Below are positions 13,501 through 24,724 of a DNA stretch of 64,000 bases, in pieces. Position 1 is the first letter of the stretch. Each line of letters starts with the position of its first letter. The notes under the pieces were generated by a model that ran no database searches, was not told the DNA's origin, and worked only from the letters and a program-made list of their open reading frames with translations. Made by a program: the position numbers and the translations under genes. The stretch covers positions 1,201,828-1,265,827 of the forward strand of contig WELB01000014.1 in the NCBI GenBank assembly GCA_009602725.1, in the 5' to 3' direction. The DNA is from Spirogloea muscicola (taxonomy: Eukaryota).

Positions 13501-14107
13501 GCGTGCCTTGCCTTGCCCATCTAACAGAGTTACAAATTTTGTGAAAGAAGACCCCTGGGTCTACTGCAAGTGCCAGGGAGCACCACCTGCACCCACGTGA
13601 CAGGAGCAGCCATCAATGTGTTTTCCCATCACCTGAATACAGATGTTTCGGACTGGTGCAGACAGGCACGTCCGGCCTGATGTGCTGGCTTGCCTGCTGG
13701 CTCCGTCCTTGATTGCACTACCCTGCATTTACCCGCTTAATATGGTCCATGCATGGAGTTGGTAGGCAGCGAAGGTCAAAGGAACGGTCTTTCAGGGGGC
13801 GAATTTGCAAAGGGCCTATCTACGTGACGTCGACCTTCGCCACACAGTATGCACCTCACCTCCTAAAGAAAGCTCGATGGCAGCATGGCTTTGCTCTTTT
13901 GGCTGTATCTGGCCAGTCATTGAGAAATTTGGAAGCAAGCCAACGCCAAGTGCAAAGAGGCAGAGTCATAGATAGACACTTGAAGCAAGCCGTTATTATT
14001 GCAAGAAGGCATTGACTGTTGCATGACGCCAGTTGTCCCGACCTGGTGGCCAGATCCTGGAGGGAGCCAAACTTGGGGGAGCAAACCTGCAGGGAACTGC
14101 CCGATGA
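10572..14107 (+). CDS. FIP2: FIP2-like KCTD-type BTB (T1) + pentapeptide-repeat protein, multi-exon
   Basis: Exons ILRLDIG (10572-10636), GGTQYTTTVDTLTQRDSTSMLGVMFGGRH (~11109-11218) and GTVFIDRDGTHFRHVLNWLRDG...ELVREAEYYQL, followed by many small pentapeptide exons. Last exon ILEGAKLGGANLQGTAR*. Confidence 0.88.
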
Positions 14108-14283
14108 CAGCATCACCGAGTGGCGGGCTGTGCAAGCAGTGTGGCTAGGTCTGTGGGCAGGACACTCATCACCAGGGAAGCTAAAACGTTGACAGCATCG
14201 AGAGTCCACCTCTGCCAATTTCGCGAGGTGCTCAGATGTCGAGCACCCCAGCACAAGCAGCAGCAGCAGCACAGCAGAGGTCA

Positions 14284-14673
14284 GGGCCTGTCTACACTTG
14301 GTCGGGTGGTCGCGTCGAGGGGTACGTGTCGCGCGTTGTCTGGAACGAATGGCTTACAACCTTGCGCGCCCGGTCGTGGTCACCCGCCACGATGGCCGCT
14401 GACCAGGACGACTTTTGCCCCCCATCAAGGAGGAAACGGCGCCGTGTGCCACGAGGGCGGNCGCCTGCGGGGGCGCTCGACCAGGCGGCGGGAGGCGGCG
14501 CTGCGCCGGGGTTTGATGCTGCTGCCCTAGCGCGCCGGGCAGCCAATCCGACCTGGCGGGGCTTGGGAGGTGGTTCCGCACGTGCAGGCGGCCTCGGCCT
14601 CCGTGGCCGCGGACCCCCCTCTGACGGGGTGGTCATTGAGACCGCGACCACCTGACCAAGTGAAAACGGGCCC
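14284..14673 (-). mobile_element. PIF/Harbinger element copy with both ends; interior absent or collapsed at the n at 14461
   Basis: TIRs GGGCCTGTCTACACTTGGTC / GACCAAGTGAAAACGGGCCC, flanked by TCA and TAA. 14284-14460 is the inverted homologue of ~16690-16875, and 14462-14607 is an inverted copy of ~14727-14872. Confidence 0.75.
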
Positions 14674-16875
14674 TAAGGTCGCGCGGTCACGCACGAGCTG
14701 ACCGCCGTGTCAAGGGGCTGGTCGCCGCCACGGAGGCCGAGGCCGCCTGCACGTGCGGAACCACCTCCCAAGCCCCGCCAGGTCGGATTGGCTGCCCGGC
14801 GCGCTAGGGCAGCAGCATCAAACCCCGGCGCAGCGCCGCCTCCCGCCGCCTGGTCGAGCGCCCCCGCAGGCGCACGCTCCCCCCCTCCTGCTACCGACCA
14901 GGCCTGCAGGCATGGGTCCCGAGCGGAGGCGGATCTGCTGCATCACGATAGCCGTCCTGGCCCGCTGGCAGCTGTGCCCGGCGGAGGCGGAGGCGGAGGC
15001 GGAGGCGGAGGCGGCGGCGGAGGCGGAGGTGGATGCGGAGGTGGAGGCGGAGGCGGAGGCGGAGGCGGAGCTGCTGCCGCACTTCGACTTCAAGGCTGCC
15101 GTGGCCCAGATGATGCTGCAGGGGAAGAAGGAGAGAGCACCGCGCCTCCTGTGGAGCTCCACCCAGACGACCGGCTGGCTCCGGCAGCTGCAGGTCGACT
15201 TCACCGAGCAGGACTTCCGGAAGCGCGTGAGAGTGTCGCGCAGAGTCTTTGACAAGTTGGTCCGGGCTCTCGGCGGCACGATCGAGAAGCGGGACACGAA
15301 ATTCAGAGCAACTGTGCCGGTGGAAGCGAGGACTGCGATCACGCTGCACCGCCTGGCAAGCGGAAGCTACGTTAGGGCCACATCCGATATTTTCGGGATA
15401 GCGGAGTGCACGGCAAGCATTATCATTAGGGAGGTGCTGGAGGCCATCAAAGACAACCTGCTGCTGGAGCAGGTCAAGTGGTCGACGCACAAGGAGATGC
15501 TCGGCATGGCCGCCAGATTTCAGGAGCTGGCAGGCATCCCGTACGTCGTCGGCGCAGTCGACGGCTCGCACATCCCCATCATAGCTCCAAGTGATCGTCC
15601 CAAGTACTTATATAATAGAAAGAGCCACCACTCTGTGTCCTGCAGGTGGTCGCTGACGCGAACCGGAAGATCTGGGCCTTCGACGTCGGCTGGTGCGGCA
15701 GCGTACACGACTGCACGATTTCAACCAGAGCAGGGTCGCCCAGCGGTGCGGTGAAGGGAGACTTGGAGACTACTGTTTGCTCGGGGATGCAGCCTATCCG
15801 CCGCGCAGATACATGTTAAGTCCTTTCAAAGGCTGCCGGGAGGGGTTGTCAGCCCTCCAACAGGACTGGAACTACAGGCAGTCCAGCTCCAAGATGGTGG
15901 TTGAACAGGCTTTGGGACATCTGAAGGGGCGGTTCAAATTCTCCCGAAGCGAATGGACGTCCAACTGAAGACTGCGCCCCTCCATGCACAATATGTGCAT
16001 TGACGACAATGATGTGGTCGATGCCGAGTGGATGGTAGACTGCGGGCCCACTGAAGAGGAGGACAACATCGACGACTCTGATGTCCAAGACTGCGAGCCC
16101 ACAGACGAGGAGGATAACATCAACGACTTCAATGTCCAAGAAGCGGCTCGAGGCGCTCAAAGGAGGGATGCGCTAGCACGCACCCTTTATGAGCAGCAAC
16201 ACATGGTGCTAGAGTCGTCGGACAGTGAGGATAGCATGGGCGTCGAAGATGTTGAGGAGAGATAGAATTCTTGACATTCTGCAAATTGTTGTATACAATA
16301 TCACAACATTTTGTTGTACATAATCTTGCAATCAGATTGCTGTTGGCGCTGGTGGAGGTGTCACTGGCGACGAGGCAATGTTGCCGCTGTCGCAGACTAC
16401 AGGCGGTATATCAGCGGCTGCCATGGCAGCCACCAGCTGCTGCGCCCTGCCGACTGCGGGACAGCGCGGCCTTGGCAATCAGGATGGCGCTATGACAGCG
16501 CTGCAGGCCAGAGCTGCCGGGAGGGGGGCAGGGGCGGGGGACTTTCGCACTTGAAAATCTGTGTATTGTGGAGGGAAGGGTGCCAGCTGTCCCTATTCGG
16601 GCAGGCCGGGCAGCGTCCTTGGGGTCCGAAGGGGGTGGACGGGGGTGGTCAAAAGTGGGCCCTCCTCGGGAGGAGGGCCCCGTTCCGGCGCCCTCGTGGC
16701 AAACGCGCGCGTTTTCTCCTTAACGCGCCCAAAATGAGTCCTCGTCAGCGTCCGATGTGGCGCCTCCGTGTCGAGTGACCATGTCCCGGCCCGCAAGGCT
16801 GCACAGCCGGCCGTTCCATACACCGCGCGACACGTACCCCTCGACCCGACCCGGTGACCAAGTGCAAATAGGCCC
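14674..16875 (+). mobile_element. PIF/Harbinger DNA transposon (left TIR missing, right TIR intact)
   Basis: Right TIR GACCAAGTGCAAATAGGCCC ends at 16875. The element encloses the transposase pseudogene. Confidence 0.8.
14912..16265 (+). pseudogene. PIF/Harbinger (HARBI1-like, DDE_Tnp_4) transposase with frameshifts
   Basis: FRKRVRVSRRVFDKL, AITLHRLASG, VVGAVDGSHIPI, YNRK, GWCGSVHD, LLGDAAYP, VVEQALGHLKGRF and LHNMCI are spread over several frames (shifts near 15640, 15710, ~15950). (AE)n tract at 14981-15070. 17-aa acidic duplication at ~16038-16140. Confidence 0.9.
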
Positions 16876-17479
16876 TTTGTGGACTAGCTGGGACAAACGG
16901 AGGCGTGACCCGGGGCCGGGTGAAGGCGAGGCTTCGCGTCCATGTGGATTTGTTGGTACGCAAATAAAGTCTGGACGTACCGCAACTCGAAGTGAATGGG
17001 AGCTACAGTGTCACGCGCCGCTAAGCGACGGCTTCGGCGCCCAGCTTGTCGCTTGTCGGCCCCGCGCCCCGCCGTCCAAGGACGGAGAGGGTGTTGAGGG
17101 TTGGGCCCAGGAAGCGCGGAGAGGCGGCTGCCGCCCGAGTGCCGCCTGGTTGACGGCCGCGAATGGCCGCCGAGGGACGATGGCTCTGCCACGCCTCAGT
17201 CACGACTTGCGTCAGCTGGGACAGCGCAGTTTCCTAGATAGTTTGGGGAGGACGTCTCCGGGCGTCACTCATTCGCGGGGCAGTACCTGCTGGCATCCAC
17301 TGCCGGTGAGTTGCAGCCGTCACGGGGGGCTGAGTTTCTAGCACGCCGCCGTACCGGGAAGGGGGGGTGGGGTGGTACATCCTAGCGCACACGGGTATGC
17401 CACGGAGGACGTCAGCCCGCGCCCGCGGCGAGAGGGCCGCCGCCAGCGACCCCGGGGGGCCCCTGAGGAAGGGGCGCCC

Positions 17480-17680
17480 TGCCGCCGGCCGACGACGTGT
17501 CGAGCGGGCGGCGGCTCCTGGGCGGCTGGGGGATCTAAAGCGGCGCCACCGTTGGGTGCCGCCGGGGGCGTCACGTGCCTGGCCGCGCCCGTGCCCGCCC
17601 GGGCGCCAGCTGGTGCGGGCTGGCGGCCGGACGCGTGGCCGCCGACGGGGGGGCTTAGCAAGCCGACACGTGGGACCGCG
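17480..17680 (+). promoter_or_regulatory. Cluster of ABRE/G-box/CE3/DRE-like motifs in a GC-rich island upstream of the bHLH gene
   Basis: GCCGAC at 17488, 17641, 17662; ACGTGTC at 17495; CACGTG at 17572 and 17667; ACGCGTGGC at 17631. Confidence 0.4.
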
Positions 17681-18946
17681 GCCGGCGCCGCCAACCGGCG
17701 GCCCGGAAAAGATCGCCCGCCGCTGGCCCGCCCTGCCGGGGGCCGTTTCCACGGGCGGCCGGGCGGGCACTTCCCCCGGGGGGCCCCGCACCCACAATCG
17801 ACACCCTGGGGCCCCGTTGAGCCCACTGTGGCGAGAGGCCACCGGCCGTCTCGGCTCGCCGTCTCGCTCCCGCCGCGCCTGCGGCCGTGGGGGCCCCCCC
17901 CGCCTCAGTGGGCGAAGAAGGCTCGTGCTCCCAGTTACGGATGGTACGACCCGATGCGTTGGAGTAAAGTGACGAGGGCCGTGGCAGGGAAGCGACGCCG
18001 GCCGGCCCAGCATCGCCCCCCTCTCATCGCTTCCCCCGGCCCTCGACCAGCGGGGGCATTATCCACTTAGCCGCCCCAGCCACGGCCCCCCCCCCCNNNN
18101 NNNNNNNNNNNNNNNNNNNNNNNNNCCCCGCCTCCCGCCCGGGAGCCCTCGCCCACACCACCCCCCGCGCGCCTCTGCTCGACGCGGCGACTGGTATCAG
18201 CGGCAGCAGGGCGGCACTTGTGTTAGAGCCAGCCAGCCGCAGCCTGCCCTCCCCACGGCTGCCGCTCCCCCGCCTAACCCCTTCGCCTCCGCCTCTCCCT
18301 CCGCGGCGGTGGATTTGGCAGCGGCGGCGGCAGCGGAACTGCCGCCCGCTCGCTGCCCGCGCCTCCTCGATGCGGGCCGCTCCACTCCCCCCGGCTCCTG
18401 CACATCCTCTTCTCATACCGCGTTGCCGCGGCGGGCGGTGGCAGCGCCGCCGATGCCGCCCGGCGCTGCGGCCGATGGCCTGCGCTCCGCCGCCTGCCCA
18501 CTGTGCTGCCCTTGCTGAGTTGCCGCCACGCTGTGGCGGCATACGCGGGGTTGGCAAGCCGAGTAGGCCTGCTCCTCCTTGCTTGTGGCGGAAGCCCCGT
18601 TGGGAGGCTGGCCAGCCCGCCGCCGGTCGCGGTATTGCTGGAGCCATGGCGCCCGCAGCCACATGCCCGTGACCGCCAGACGCCGCGTGGCCAAGGTGCA
18701 CTTGTCTGGCCGCCTCACGCCACACCCAGTGACTGCCGAGTTGGGCTCATCGCGGGCTCTCAGCGTGTGCACCTGCATTGGATTCCACGCCTTCGAGCAG
18801 GCACAAGTAGTCACCGGCAGTGCCTGCTTGGAAGGCTGCATGCCTGATCTCCTGCAACTCCGGCTGTCTTCTGTGCTGCCGCAGGCCGTCCAGACGAGGG
18901 AGTCCGGTCGGCCTGCCAGCCGTGCCAGTCGGTGGCGTCCCTGGAG

Positions 18947-19468
18947 ATGATGCCAGGCTCGGAGGCGGATGTGCAGCACCTTGCCCTTCCAAGTGACGCT
19001 GTGGGCATCGACGAGGCAACCCTCTTCCGCCTCGCCCAGTCACTGGGCATCGAGCAGGTGCGCGCGCAGTCCGCCCACCGCCAAGGCAACCCCTCCACCG
19101 CCGCCGCTGCTGCTACAGTCGCACGGGTCCACTGAGATCTCGCTGATGGCGATCCTCGCTGCGCCGTAGGTCCAGCGGCTTGCCAGCAATCTGCACGGAG
19201 ACGGCGCACCCATTGACCACAGCAGCAGCAGCTTGCTTCTCCAGCACGTAGCGGCGGTGCTGCCTCTGCTTCCGCCACTGGCCACTGACCTCGCCCATAG
19301 CACAATCCTGACGGGCGAGGTAAGGCCAAGGCTCCAGGACTGTCCCACTGCTGGTTGCTTTGCTTCGAGCAATCAACCAGCCGCTGAGGGGTGCTGCTGG
19401 CTGTCCGCGTGCATGCAGGTAACAGCGCTGCAGCCAATGTGCATACGTCCATACGCGACTGGCGAGGT

Positions 19469-19501
<33 letters not shown>

Positions 19502-22266
19502 CATGGCAGCGACAGCAGTGGCGCAGCGGCTGGTAGATGAGGCTGGCAACAGATTCCCCGGCCTTAGCAGCGGCAGCAGGGCCATGCAGTTGCAGCCGCT
19601 CTGCCACGCCCACCTCATGGAGGAGCTCTGCACAGGCCCTGCTGCCGCGGGCGTGGCTGGCAGCGGCGATGCTGGCAAACAAGGTGGTAGCCAGGTAGCA
19701 ATGCCAGGCTTTGACAACAGGCAGCTCCAGCACAACCTGGGCTCGCTTGCGCAGGACCAGCTCAATGGCAACGACAGCTGCGAGCGCGGCAACACAGGCG
19801 TCTGGTGGAGCCCAGCCCTTCCACAGCCGCCACCAGCCGACGCCGTAGGGCTAAGAGTGACGGCAGAGCAGGCACGGCAGCTCGAATTTGGTGAGGCCTT
19901 GCCGCTGCTGCCGCAGCAGCCAGTGGCGCTCTTTTCGGGGCCAGCAAGTGGCGGCGCACTTGCACACCCACTGCACGATGGCACTGCTGCGAGGCCTAGA
20001 CCTGCTGTCCACAGTGATCAGCAGCAGCCTGACACATTCGACTACCGCCTCAAGGGGCTGGAAGCGGAGGCCTCGGCAGCCGGCAGGGCGCAGTGGCTGC
20101 AGAACAGCGAGGCCAGCAGCAGCGGCATGGCTGTCCAGCTGCGCGAGGCAGTGCTGCGGGCAGGTGCGACGGGCCGGCCCCTGAGTGAGACGCTGTCAGA
20201 CGAGCAGGTGTGGTTCCTGTTTGCGCAGGGCCTCGTGGCATCGCCCTTCCGCCAAGAGCTCTCGCCCGGCCACATCCAGACTGCCGTCCAACGCTCCCTC
20301 TGCCTCGTGCCGCTGCAGCCCCCGCAGCCGCCGCCGCCGCTTCCCCCGCCTGAGGACGCGGCATGGATGCCAGCGGCAGCCGCTAGAGCCAGGGCCCGGC
20401 GGCGAGTGGTTGGTGCACGGCCGCCAGCGTGGGGCGGCAGTGGCGGCAATACCGACAGCGGGGGTGACCCGCTGGATCAGGCTGCCAAGCGCCTACTGGA
20501 GGATGGCGAGCCGCTTGGGTCGGGGCTGCCACCAGATGTGATGGAGCTTTGGCCACTTTTTCCCGCTTTGCCGGTTGTTGGTGGAGGCTCAATGACGGGC
20601 TGGCGGCCCAACTGCAATGAGGGTCATATGCAAATGGCCCCTTTGCACTCGCTGCCACCCCGCGACCACCCACCGGCGGCGGCGGCGGCGTCGGCACCGG
20701 CGGTGTACTTGCCGCAGTCTGTGGTCTTCGACTCACCAGCGCTACTGGGAAGCTACACGGCGAGCACGCTAACCGAGGAGAGCGCTGTGGCGCTGGCTGG
20801 TCACAGCCCGTCCACTCTTGGCATGCTGGCGGCCAGTGGTCACACAGAGGGGCCGCCACTTGGCGGTTGGCCAGACTTTCGGAATCACAATGAGCGTGGC
20901 TTCCCCGAGGAGACCAAGCGGCCTGCGGGAGCTGTCAGATCCCAGCTCCATTATCCCTCGTCGACGACCGTATCGACGCAGCTCCTGCCCGGCAGCACCG
21001 CAATCGACGACGACAGCCACGTCCACGACCACCGCAACGGCAGTACCTTTGATGGTGGTGGCGGCGGCCGCGGTGTCGGTGGCACCTCCTCTGAGACGGG
21101 TGTATTGGACGCGGCGTCAGCGGCAAGCCTCGATGTCCAGCATCCACCACCATCGGCAGCCGTTTATGTACCCCGCGCGTCCTTCAGGGGCCAGCAGCAG
21201 CCGAGCCGGTCGCCGACGCCAGACAAGCTGCCGCATCTTCGCCTGCGGGAGCTCTTCCGCGAGGCCCAGGGCAGCTTGCAACCAGCCCGCCAGGACGCAG
21301 GAAGCCCATCGCCGGCTACAGAGACCGGCTCGCCGCCACGGCCATCTCTTAAGCTCTGCCGGTCCTCCTCCAGCCTCGCCGGTCGCCTCCTGCCAATGGA
21401 GCCGCAGGCAGGCGCAGGCACCGGTGGCAGCGGGGGCGGCAGCAGCGGCGGGGGTGGCCATCAGAGCGAGTCATCACCAGTGAGCCGCCGCAAGCGCAAG
21501 AGCAGGGCCGTTGAGCACAGCCCCTGCCGCTCGGAGAACGAGCGGGAGCTGCACTCGAGCGGCAGCGAGCAGGTGGAGGCGACCTCGTCAGCAGTGACGT
21601 GGCCTGAAGGTGGGCCGCTACCGGCCAGCACTGGCTGTAAGCGCGAAGGCGACGGCAGCGGACTAAGTGGCAGCCGCAAGGCACGATGGGGCCAGACTAT
21701 GGAGCCCCAGGCTGTCGCTGCACGCGCCCGTCGCCGCCAGGTCACCGATCGGATCCGCAAGCTGCAGGTAAGTCCTCCTATTGCTCTGTCAAACCATGAC
21801 ACCACCTCTGTCGTATCTGGCCAAGTCGCTGACCTGCTAGCCACAAGCTGCTTCAGTGACTCGATTGCACCAATTGACAAGTGGCGCGGATGCTGTGCAC
21901 TTCACTGTTGCAGGGCTTACTGCCGAGCAAGGGTCGGACGGACGTCGTTAGAATGCTGGAGGAGGTGCTGGAGTACGTCAAGTTCCTCCAGGGCCAAGTC
22001 AGGGTTTGTGTTGCTTGAGCACCTGCTTGATGCTTTCTCGGACGCTTTTGTGATTCACGTGGCATCGCCAAGCATCACGACAATATGGTGGCTTCAGTAT
22101 ATTGTAGGGACTTAACGGTTCAGGTGGCATGGCTTGTTGACAGATCCTGAGCGATGACCCGTCTGCGCGTCAGCCGCCGAGCCCCGACCTTGGAGCCTCC
22201 GCTGTGAGCACCTCAAGCACCTGCGTGCTCGCTTGGCTGTTTTCAGTGTTCCCAAACAATGATTAG
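18947..22266 (+). CDS. bHLH transcription factor, subfamily VIII (RSL/HEC-like), with long low-complexity N-terminus
   Basis: Spliced domain EPQAVAARARRRQVTDRIRKLQ | GLLPSKGRTDVVRMLEEVLEYVKFLQGQVR | ILSDDP (exon ends 21767, exon 21914-22003, exon from 22144; GT-AG introns). 5' exons and stop are approximate. Confidence 0.82.
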
Positions 22267-23909
22267 CAGTGCAGCGCCGCTGACCATTATTTTGGAAAAA
22301 TCGCGAGCTCCGCAGGACAAGGATTCCAAGCCCGCACCAAAAGCCAGCCTGCAGAGCCGGGGGCTCTGCCTGCTGCCCATGTCCACGACTGGGATGCTGA
22401 GACTCGAGTCAGCCAGCGGTTGACATACGAATTGTGATGCCTCGGTATATTTCTACAATCACCAGCCAACCCAGGGTCCTGTTGGCCAGAATGCTTGACG
22501 TGCTTTAGCACCAAGTAAGCCCATAGATGTGGCCCTGTTGCTTGCTGGTTTGACTTTTGCATACCCTGGCAGCCTGTCTCGGTGCTTTTTTCAATGATGG
22601 CTCTGCATGTCAGAGCCTTTCCCTCCACTGCCATTGCTGCTGAATGTGGAGCAGTAGGAGTGCAAGTCCTTGAGAATTTTGTAGTCCAATCTAATTCTCA
22701 GTGCCATTGGTTAGCTTATAATGGCTGGTGCATGCGGATTTCACCACACCAGCTTCCCCCTTGTCTCTTTGGCGCTCGCCAGCCATTGTTTTCATTTTTC
22801 AAGGCAGTGGCTTGAGTTATAGCCAATGACATTGTCTTCACCATTGCCTTCATCAACCAGCCCAGTGGCACCCTCTCCTGCAGCTGATAGTCCTCGTGCC
22901 TTGCATTTCACCTTGTTGTCCATAGTAAGTTGCAATGCAGCTGTTGAGAAAGGCAACATCGTGAAAGGAAGGGTCCTAATAGGATGCAAGCTGCACACTA
23001 CAGATTAGGTTCTAATCACAATGTGCAGCTCCCGTGCTTTTGTTGATGTTTGTGATAGGGTGAGTCGAGATGTAGTCAAAGCTTACTTGATGAGTACAAC
23101 ATGGTCGTCAAAACCTGCAATGACAGCTGTCCTGCAATCCTTAGCTTTGTTCTATCTTTCTGCCTGTCGTGCATTGCACAGCCACTTTTTTACTCGCTTT
23201 AGCTGGTGGTCATCTTGGTCCAGGAGTGTGACTCCTGCATAGAAGTACTTATCGTCCTGCATAGAATACACAGGTATATGTCTGCCCAACACATGACCCA
23301 CTGTAAGGAAAATTGCCAATCATGTGAGTAGAGTCTACGCGCCTTTTCGCATGGGGGATCACTGAAAGTGAAAATAAGATTCTCTTGAATTTGGAATTTG
23401 CATCAATGTAATATGTTAACGGGTGAGTCACTAGAGTTGTCTCTATAGTATAGATGCTTTTGTGATGGCCGGTTTTCTAAAGAACCCAGTTGCGACCATC
23501 AAGTACTTGTTCAGTGCCTTCACTGATGTTAGCAGTAAATAGCATTTCAAGCGTCAGATACTACAAGATCGTGACTAAAACCCAAACCATGACCGCCTAA
23601 GCGCGGCTTAAGGAGTTGCATCTAGGGTGCTGGCACTGGCCTGGTTTTGCTGACAGCACGAGCTGTGAATGATGATGCTTTAGGAGCACAATGGCGGGTG
23701 CAAAGGGATCGTTGATAGAGTGCTCGTAAATTCTATAAAACTTTGCATAAGCAGTGGCCTCTCGTTGATCTCATGCTTCGTGCCCAGACCAGGAAGCCTT
23801 TGTCACCCGTGTACCATTGAAACGAAAGGCTAATTGCTCTGCTTGTTGATCCCTTTCGGGGCTGGCCTTTTCAGTAGCACCTTGGTTCCCTGTGTGCTTT
23901 TCCCCTTTA

Positions 23910-24402
23910 GCGAGTATGAAGGTCCAGCATCGACACACATCGCTGGTCACGCAGTGGGCGGTGCAGAACAAAGAAAATTGCAGCACTACTCCGATTACCC
24001 CCAATGCGATCAGCTCCTGCTACTGGCAATCGACATCTTTGGCTGTCTTGGTCCTCGTTTCCACACTCTCCTAAAAAGCATTGCCAATCTAGGCTACACT
24101 CGACGTGCAGATGTGTTTCCGGCTGAGATGGGCTTGCCAGCTGCATATCTGTCGCTCTTGCGACGAGTTTCGGCCTGTTTGCAGCGTGCTCAGGCTAGTG
24201 CCTTGCACCAGAAAGCTGGGCGCGCTCTAGTTGGTAGCAGAAGGGCTTCGTTTCTGGCATCTAGTATTCATGCATCGATCAGTGACCTTGATGTTTTGAA
24301 ACGTGGTTACTGAGCGGGTCAATCTGCTGTACTTTATGTAGATCTTTAGATGTGCTTGCCTTTGTATTTGGCCATTTGGCCTACGTTTGTTTCAAATACA
24401 CG
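23910..24402 (+). mobile_element. 5'-truncated RLE non-LTR retrotransposon, family A
   Basis: AEQRKLQHY...LAIDIFGCLGPRFHTLL...RRVSACLQRAQASAL...SISDLDVLKRGY*, then a shared 3' UTR (GGTTACTGAGCGGGTCA...) ending ATACACG. Hairpin-tail fragments of other families follow at 24415-24655. Confidence 0.82.
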
Positions 24403-24724
24403 AAATGCCCTTTAGCGAGAGAATGGCGCGCCCTGAGAGGAGGGGGCTGGCCAAGCCAGCCCAAAAAGAGTGGACAATATCCAAAGCCAAGGAAGGTGCC
24501 GGTTTAGGGCTCTCTTTGGCCTCCTTCGAGATTTGTTCAGTCCTTTTCTTGGGCTGGCTTCTCCCAGCCAACGCCCCCTCCTGGAAGCGTTTTTCTACAG
24601 CCATCGCCCCCTTGGTGAGCACCAATGGGCTGGCCGGGCTGGCCTCTCACAGCTATTGCATTACACTGGAGAAGCTGTATGTTCCATTTGGAGCATCCGT
24701 TTGTAGTAGATCATTGTGTGGCTG

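Noticed and set aside
19233..22115. 960 aa ORF as an intronless gene
   Set aside because: The bHLH domain only completes by splicing at 21767/21914. The ORF tail is intron read-through.
23249..23431. LTYYIDANSKFKRILFSLSVIPH, reminiscent of a hAT transposase segment
   Set aside because: A single short similarity, with no other hAT motifs, TIRs or 8 bp TSD seen.
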